Shown: in pieces, positions 18,062-23,703 of the stretch
Layout: the number at the start of each line of letters is the position of its first letter
Numbering within the stretch: the first letter of the stretch is position 1
Origin: a virus
Taxonomy: Duplodnaviria > Caudoviricetes
Direction: 5' to 3' (one strand)
Length of the DNA: 25,810 nucleotides
Virus record (IMG/VR): IMGVR_UViG_3300017914_001834
Location: 1-25,810 of that record
Notes under the pieces: generated by a model
The model's input: only the letters and a program-made list of their open reading frames with translations
Told to the model about the DNA's origin: nothing
Database searches by the model: none
Position numbers and translations under genes: made by a program

Positions 18062-18979
18062 TCAAGCTTCTTCCATCACAATCACGCTCTTCGGGTAGTA
18101 CAGAGCTGTACCGCCGATGCGTGAATGTGCAGCCACGGTGAATTCCAGGGCCTGACGGACAGGAGGAAGGAATTCCAGAGGCTGGGGAATGTGCAGTTGC
18201 AGCTTGTCGGGGCTCCGGTCGTAGGTCACGATCCGGTCCTTGTCCAAGTTGTTGCCTGACTTGTCTGCTTCGAGCTCGTTGATCGGCTCGATTGCAGTGA
18301 TGAATGGGTTCGTACGCAGGAAGAACTCCATCACCGTCGTGTCGCTCGTGGATGAACGAGGGGTGGTGGAGATGATGCGGTAAACCTCGTAAGGCACCAG
18401 CATCGTGTTCGGCTGCTCCTTCATGTTGCTGTTCTCCACCAGACGGGTGGCTGGCTCGTTGAGGAGCTGCAGCATTTCGTCAGTGGTGATCGCAGAATCG
18501 GTGAACCACTTGTCAGGTACAAGCTTGTCCACCTGATCGTTGTTGAAGAAGCCCTTGAGGCCGGTGGCAGCGTCGCCGAAATAGGCGATCTCCTGCACCT
18601 TCTCCTCATAGGCACGACGCACTGCGTTGGCGCGACGTTGCTCCAGGTTCATTCCAGGAACCATCGCAGCAGCGCGGGTTTCCTGGATGGTGTAAGCGAA
18701 TGATGCGCCCAACGAACGAACGTTGTGGACAACTTCCTTACGCAGCACATCTGCACGGGGCAGATCCTGCGCTTTGTCCTGGATGATCTTCATCGAGCCC
18801 TGCTTGTCAAACACCCGATAGGTGTATGAATCAGCGCCCGTTCCCACTTCCGTAGAAATGGGGATCAGTTGGGAGTACTTGATGTCGGCGTACTCGACCT
18901 CGAAGCTGCGAGCCAGGATCGTCTCCAGCTCACGCGCGAGAAAGATGCCGACATCATCATTGCGAATTTCAGATGCCAT
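18062..18979 (-). CDS. Major capsid protein, DUF2184-like (HK97 fold), 305 aa
   Basis: Motifs 'FLARELETI', 'AYFGDAATGLKGFFN', 'PNTMLVP' and 'RIGGTALYYP'. Follows the DUF2213 and cement genes; high GC3. Confidence 0.9.
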   Translation of the reverse strand: MASEIRNDDVGIFLARELETILARSFEVEYADIKYSQLIPISTEVGTGADSYTYRVFDKQGSMKIIQDKAQDLPRADVLRKEVVHNVRSLGASFAYTIQETRAAAMVPGMNLEQRRANAVRRAYEEKVQEIAYFGDAATGLKGFFNNDQVDKLVPDKWFTDSAITTDEMLQLLNEPATRLVENSNMKEQPNTMLVPYEVYRIISTTPRSSTSDTTVMEFFLRTNPFITAIEPINELEADKSGNNLDKDRIVTYDRSPDKLQLHIPQPLEFLPPVRQALEFTVAAHSRIGGTALYYPKSVIVMEEA

Positions 18980-18981
18980 GA

Positions 18982-19599
18982 TCAATCAGCGGTGAAGGTG
19001 GATGCAGGGATATCCAGCTCCAGAAGAGCCAGGCCGGCCTCGGTGGTTTCAGACAGCCAGCGAGCTCCACCGATAAGCACGGTGTTGCCTGCTGAGGCGC
19101 TTGAACCGAAGCGACCTTGGTCAGCACCAGAAGTGCTGCCGCTCTGGTCGGAGATGAAGGCGCGTACGTCATCGCCCATTGAGATGGCCTCAACGGCGTA
19201 GACCCAAATCACGCCCTTGGACATCACGTTCAGGGCTTGCTGCTCGGGATAACCAACGTGCTTGGTGCCCTCTGCGTCGGTACGGAACCAAGTAGGAACC
19301 TTCTCGTACGCAGTTTGAGCAGCAGCTTCGAAGGTGAAGCAGTCAATCGAAATACCGATGATGTTTGTCGCTCCGGCTGCGAGCTCGGTTGCGTAAACGT
19401 CGTTGGTAGTCGGTGTGGTGTCCAACTGCAGCAGACGACCGAAGGGGATCGCTGCACCAGATTGGTTGTAGTAGGAACGGGACACGTAGGCCTGAAGGTC
19501 GGCCAGCATGCCCTCGTGACCAACCGTCAGCTCCAGGGGATAGTCACCCTGTACACCAATTGGATTGGTGACGGAGGTCTCAGTGAAGGTAATTGCCAT
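18982..19599 (-). CDS. Capsid decoration / cement protein, 205 aa
   Basis: Between scaffold and capsid genes, with 'AIPFGR', 'NVMSKGVIWV' and 'GARW' motifs. Strong RBS AAGGAG at 19604-19609. Confidence 0.75.
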   Translation of the reverse strand: MAITFTETSVTNPIGVQGDYPLELTVGHEGMLADLQAYVSRSYYNQSGAAIPFGRLLQLDTTPTTNDVYATELAAGATNIIGISIDCFTFEAAAQTAYEKVPTWFRTDAEGTKHVGYPEQQALNVMSKGVIWVYAVEAISMGDDVRAFISDQSGSTSGADQGRFGSSASAGNTVLIGGARWLSETTEAGLALLELDIPASTFTAD

Positions 19600-19607
19600 G
19601 GGGCTCC

Positions 19608-20900
19608 TTACTTAGAGGCGGTGAGGGGGGCTTTCCAGGCAGCAGCCATCTTCTGGCGATAGACATCGGAGGAATCGACCTGCGGTTGGCCGGCTCCACT
19701 CAGTGCCTGACGCAGAGGTGCGCTGCTGTCTGCCCGGTCTTCCTTCGCTTCTTCAGAAGGAGCGTTGGAGATGGCAGCCACGGGCTCGTCATCGTCGCCT
19801 TCAGCTTCTTCCTCAGAAGAATCCAAATGGGCGAGGATGCCGTCGACCACACCAGCGATGTACTCGGGTGCGGCGTCTTCCCGAGGTGCTTCCCCGGTCA
19901 GATTTTCAAATGCGGTGCTGTAAAGCTCGGAGTCGTCGATGCCGTCGAACTTGAACTCCTCATCAAAGGCTGGAGCCAGATGTTGAAGAGTTGCAAGACG
20001 CTGCATGACGAGAGCGTCGAGTTCAGCAGTGTCGAGACGGTCGGAAGATGCGCCTTCCAGCTCGTCCATACGCTCGGTAAGAGCGTCTGCACGGCCTTCA
20101 GCGGACTCCTTCTCATAAGCGAGGGTCTCGATCTGTGCAGACAAAGAAGAAACTTGCTCGGTAAGAGCACTCTTCTCTGCTTCTAAGCCGTCAATCCGGC
20201 GCTCCATATCCCGTGAAAAGGACTGGATCGCTGGCGCGACTTCTGCGGGCAGATCGATCTCCAGGCCGTCAAGTTTGACGGTTGCCATAACGGGAGATGC
20301 AGAGTTACTGGTCAGAAGCGCCGGAGGTTCCGGCTCGGGGTCGTAGGCCACAGCGTCTGCTGCATCCATACGATCCATCAACAATTTCACCTCGGGGCCT
20401 GCACGGCCTCGGGGTACAACTGCGATGTGATTCACCCTGATGTTGCGTTGGATTCCGCTGTACTCCTCGCCCTCGGGTGTTACGCCGGGGGTGGGGTCAA
20501 AGTCGACTTTGTAGCCGGCTGAGACTTCGCGAGCATCACCACGCTTGATCTTGTCGATGGCGTCCTGATCAGTGACGGTCAGAGCAACTTCGACAAACCC
20601 GTCGTTGTAACGCACCTGGGAACCGGAATATCCGATCTGGTGCGTCTTTGTGTTCTTGGAATCCAAGAGGACAGGCGGGTGCCCCCACGTTGCGGGTTTC
20701 ATCCCGAACGTTTGGAGCGATTCGGGATTACTGACCTCTTCGGGAGGTCGATATTCACGAACCTGGGAACCATCCGAGCGTCGATACAACTGCGTGCCGG
20801 TACGGGCAGCTCGACACCACACACGAAGGTATCCCTCGTCTGTAGTTTCTGACTTCGTAATCGGAGCGAAGTCGTAGCGGTAGGCGGAAGATGGTGCCAT
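19608..20900 (-). CDS. DUF2213 prohead protease-scaffold fusion (~430 aa)
   Basis: Motifs 'TDEGYL', 'ARTGTQLY', 'EYRPPEEV', 'TWGHP', 'EVSAGY' and 'QRNIRVNHIAVVPRGRAG', then an acidic coiled-coil scaffold. Likely start is ATG 20900. Confidence 0.9.
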   Translation of the reverse strand: MAPSSAYRYDFAPITKSETTDEGYLRVWCRAARTGTQLYRRSDGSQVREYRPPEEVSNPESLQTFGMKPATWGHPPVLLDSKNTKTHQIGYSGSQVRYNDGFVEVALTVTDQDAIDKIKRGDAREVSAGYKVDFDPTPGVTPEGEEYSGIQRNIRVNHIAVVPRGRAGPEVKLLMDRMDAADAVAYDPEPEPPALLTSNSASPVMATVKLDGLEIDLPAEVAPAIQSFSRDMERRIDGLEAEKSALTEQVSSLSAQIETLAYEKESAEGRADALTERMDELEGASSDRLDTAELDALVMQRLATLQHLAPAFDEEFKFDGIDDSELYSTAFENLTGEAPREDAAPEYIAGVVDGILAHLDSSEEEAEGDDDEPVAAISNAPSEEAKEDRADSSAPLRQALSGAGQPQVDSSDVYRQKMAAAWKAPLTASK

Positions 20901-20939
20901 GGCTAAAGAATAACGCTCCATTTCAGACAGGATTAGTCT

Positions 20940-20958
20940 TAATACGTTGAGCGTATTA
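20940..20958. promoter_or_regulatory. Inverted repeat TAATACG-N5-CGTATTA, candidate operator
   Basis: Perfect 7-5-7 dyad in the short divergent gap between DUF2213 and the HTH gene, immediately after a TAGTCT -10-like box (20934-20939). Confidence 0.5.
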
Positions 20959-20964
20959 GGACTC

Positions 20965-21180
20965 GTGGCGATTCATCGGCAATTGGCAATGTGCAGGCGA
21001 TTGAAGCACCTTAGAGACCAGGCTGGTTATACGCAAAAGAGTGTTGCGGATTATCTTTCTGTCTCTCAAGCCGCGTATTCACGGTTGGAGAAGGGGGAAA
21101 TTGAAATTAGTTTGACTAAGTTATTGGCATTGAGTGAGCTTTATCGGCTGTCGGTGTCAAGAATGATGGAAGATATTTAA
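20965..21180 (+). CDS. XRE/Cro-family helix-turn-helix transcriptional regulator (~71 aa)
   Basis: 'RLKHLRDQAGYTQKSVADYLSVSQAAYSRLEKGEIEISL' is a typical HTH_3 pattern. The start is uncertain (20947, 20965 or 20989). Confidence 0.9.
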   Translation: MAIHRQLAMCRRLKHLRDQAGYTQKSVADYLSVSQAAYSRLEKGEIEISLTKLLALSELYRLSVSRMMEDI

Positions 21181-21195
21181 TTTCTGTCGCTTCTA

Positions 21196-21438
21196 TCAAC
21201 ATTTCCATCTGCGACGAGCGGCTTTCCCTCGCTCACCAGTCCATGAACGACTGCGGGCGCAAAAACTGGCTCGCCGTTTCGCTGCCTTCGATCCTGGCTT
21301 CACTTTCCCTGTAACGGGAGCCTTCAAGTTGCTCCCAGTTGCGCGGTTGTAACGAGCTCGGCCTTTGGCGGTTAAGCCACCGCCTTTTTCAACCGATTGT
21401 TTCTCACCGCGCCCGACGCTTAACGACGGGCCTTCGTC
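21196..21438 (-). CDS. Basic DUF6321-like module, probably made as a -1 frameshift extension of 21420-22346 (~383-aa fusion)
   Basis: 'GGGLTAKGRARYNRATGSNLKAPV...RRASFCARS...RRRWKC'. It has no ATG of its own and is reached by an in-frame A AAA AAG at 21444-21438. Family name is from recall. Confidence 0.65.
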   Translation of the reverse strand, partial: DEGPSLSVGRGEKQSVEKGGGLTAKGRARYNRATGSNLKAPVTGKVKPGSKAAKRRASFCARSRSWTGERGKAARRRWKC

Positions 21439-22346
21439 TTTTTTGCAGGGAATCCCTCTGCCCACACACTCCGCTTCGCACTCGTGAGTTTGTCCTCTCC
21501 GTCCTGACCCGTTTTGCGCTTCACCTCAGACTTGGCTTTGCTTGTAGGAACGCAATTGGGCACGATGCGGTTGCCCTTACGCTTCATACCCTTCTGCACA
21601 TAGCCCTTCCAGCAGGCATCGTCTCGGAACATGCCGGCCTGCAGTTCGCCCTCGAAACCATCTGCCCAAAATGGCTTCTTGCTGTTCCTGTAGCCCGGTT
21701 CATACTTGCGGCGCATCTTTTCAGTCATGAGACGAGCGTTGTTGAGTTTGTTTTGGCGGCGAAGGCTGCGGCTGAAAGTCTGAGGATTGAACCTCATGGT
21801 GGGCTTTCTTGCTGTGGCCTTTTGTGCGCTAGACAGCCATTTTGAGGCTTGAAGCAGATCGCCGAAATTGCGGTTCTGCTCCTCAAAATTAGATAGCTGC
21901 TTTCCTTGACGCTGACGGTTGTAGCTGTACGACTCAAGCGCGGTATTGAAAGTCTCCGAAGCTGCAAGGCTTGCTGCTTTCAGATTGCCGCTTTGAAATG
22001 CTCTCTTCGCTGATCGAGCCGCTTGAGCAGATTCGATCACGTTTTTGCCAGTGGCAAAGCTCAACAGCTTCTTATTGCCCGTCCGCTCACCACGTTCTTG
22101 CGCGTACTCAGAGGCGTTCTTTCCTGCACTCAGCAACTGCTTGACTGCACGACCTCGGTTGCCCGTTAGCGCTGAGCGGGCAGCACGAACACCTTGCACA
22201 GCAGTGGCGGCTGCAAATGCACGCTCTTTCAGTTCAGGCCCTTTCGTGGACTTGGCTGATGTGCGCTTGCTGCATTTGGCATTGTCTGGAATACCCGATT
22301 TGCCACAACGCTTATCAGCTCTGAAAGTATCAGCGGTGAGGACCAT
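21420..22346 (-). CDS. Basic modular hypothetical protein, putative internal head protein, 308 aa
   Basis: Coupled to the upstream stop (TGATG). Contains CGxSxIPx4C, two WAxGF motifs and CWKGY...VPNCVP. Confidence 0.8.
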   Translation of the reverse strand: MVLTADTFRADKRCGKSGIPDNAKCSKRTSAKSTKGPELKERAFAAATAVQGVRAARSALTGNRGRAVKQLLSAGKNASEYAQERGERTGNKKLLSFATGKNVIESAQAARSAKRAFQSGNLKAASLAASETFNTALESYSYNRQRQGKQLSNFEEQNRNFGDLLQASKWLSSAQKATARKPTMRFNPQTFSRSLRRQNKLNNARLMTEKMRRKYEPGYRNSKKPFWADGFEGELQAGMFRDDACWKGYVQKGMKRKGNRIVPNCVPTSKAKSEVKRKTGQDGEDKLTSAKRSVWAEGFPAKKTKARR

Positions 22347-22807
22347 CAGGTGTTGAACGTATTGGCGTAGATCATGTTGTGAGGCTGGCCCTGTGCATTC
22401 CGCTTGCGCTTCTCGCGGGCGTACTTCTCAGTGGCAAGCTTGTCGGCGCCCTCGGTGAGGACAAACGCTGCGTCGTTCATCTCGAAGCCCTTAGCCCAGA
22501 CGCTCCCCTTCTTGCCGCCATCCTTTTTCTTCTTGCCGCAGCCCATGTCGGCTTTGGCTTTGACGGCGTCCTTCTTGGAGCAACCACAGCCATCAGCCTT
22601 GAAAGCAGCGGCGTCGAGGCTGGGCATCCCCTTCTTGCGGGGGTCGTTCATCTTGGTCACGCCCTCGGCACCATCACCGCCCTCGATGATCTCGGTGTCC
22701 TTCTTCTTTTTGCCCTTCGACTTCTTGGCCTTCTTCTCCTCGGCTTCGCCCTCGCGGACCTCGGCCTTCTCCTTCATCTTCGCTTTTAGGGCAGGTGGGA
22801 GGGCCAT
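22346..22807 (-). CDS. Lys/Glu-rich low-complexity protein, putative internal head protein, 153 aa
   Basis: Very high GC3 with AAG-dominated Lys codons. TAAACT box 25 nt upstream. Contains GCGC and SVWAKGF. Confidence 0.75.
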   Translation of the reverse strand: MALPPALKAKMKEKAEVREGEAEEKKAKKSKGKKKKDTEIIEGGDGAEGVTKMNDPRKKGMPSLDAAAFKADGCGCSKKDAVKAKADMGCGKKKKDGGKKGSVWAKGFEMNDAAFVLTEGADKLATEKYAREKRKRNAQGQPHNMIYANTFNT

Positions 22808-22830
22808 GCCGATTCCGGAATACGTTGCTC

Positions 22831-23703
22831 TCAGTTTAGAGACAGTGGAACAGGCGCAAGTTGCTCAAATACGCCCGCCCTGGACAGGTTGACGGGCTCG
22901 ATGGTGTTGACTTCTCTCATCTCTTTCTGGTGCCGTTCACCAGCAGCCCTATAAGCGGGATCCATTGCAGCAATATCAGGATCCCAAGGAGAGAGATAAC
23001 AACGACATCGGGGGTGGACGGGGACTCGTATGTCACTGCGCTTGTAGATTTGACCGCCTCGTGGTGCGCAGATTGGGCAGGAGCGGTCATCAGCTGTCGC
23101 GTAATAGAGGACCGTGTCGACTCCATTCTGGGCGTAGTAGCTGTTGGAGGCTTCGTTGTATGCGCGAAGCGACTCAGTACGGACAATTACCTCGGCGCGG
23201 CTTTTCACCACTCCCAAACGGTCTCGTAGTTCGCGGACCATGCGGTCCTGACTGCGACCCTCGGCTATTCCCGAGGCAATAATCTCCGCTGAAGTTTCAG
23301 CGAAGCGTTCACCATGCTTTCGCAAGTAGCCATGCGATTGCTTCGCAGCTGCCACCGTCGCTTCCAACGGGATTGAAACGTCGATTCGGGGCCGGTTCCC
23401 GGCCATCTGGCCCACCAGGGCGTCTGCGACATCCACACCGTGGTCTGTCGCGCGTCGTAAGACTGTGTGGAATGTTCGGTCGTATTCATCTGTCTTGCCG
23501 GGATGAACTGCAGGGACCAGTTCGCGCAATTCGCGGAGGATTGCGATGTCGCGCTCGGTCTTAGGTGCATTTTCGGTGCGTAACCACACCCGGATGCGTC
23601 GTACGACACGGTTAAACGATTTATCCAGCACCTTGTTCAACACCTTGATGGTGTGTTCCTCCTCTCGCTTCAGGATCAGGTTGTATTCCTCAACTAGGTC
23701 CAT
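22831..23703 (-). CDS. Phage head morphogenesis protein (MuF / SPP1 gp7 family), short form, 290 aa
   Basis: 'RAEVIVRTESLRAYN', 'DDRSCPICAP' and 'PVHPRCRC' are MuF signature motifs. Confidence 0.92.
   Translation of the reverse strand: MDLVEEYNLILKREEEHTIKVLNKVLDKSFNRVVRRIRVWLRTENAPKTERDIAILRELRELVPAVHPGKTDEYDRTFHTVLRRATDHGVDVADALVGQMAGNRPRIDVSIPLEATVAAAKQSHGYLRKHGERFAETSAEIIASGIAEGRSQDRMVRELRDRLGVVKSRAEVIVRTESLRAYNEASNSYYAQNGVDTVLYYATADDRSCPICAPRGGQIYKRSDIRVPVHPRCRCYLSPWDPDIAAMDPAYRAAGERHQKEMREVNTIEPVNLSRAGVFEQLAPVPLSLN

Noticed and set aside
14721-20930. Shared CTGTCTGAA upstream of the chaperone and DUF2213 -10 boxes
   Set aside because: Spacing to the -10 box differs (13 versus 9 nt) and there are only two copies at promoters, so chance is likely.
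21439-21465. Independent GTG start (21465) for the 89-aa ORF
   Set aside because: GGAG is only 1 nt from the GTG, and the segment overlaps the WAxGF motif of the upstream frame. A frameshift fusion explains it better, though independent initiation is not fully excluded.
22812-22821. 10-bp palindrome ATTCCGGAAT before the 153-aa gene
   Set aside because: A single 10-bp palindrome is expected by chance in 26 kb, and I noticed no second copy at another promoter.
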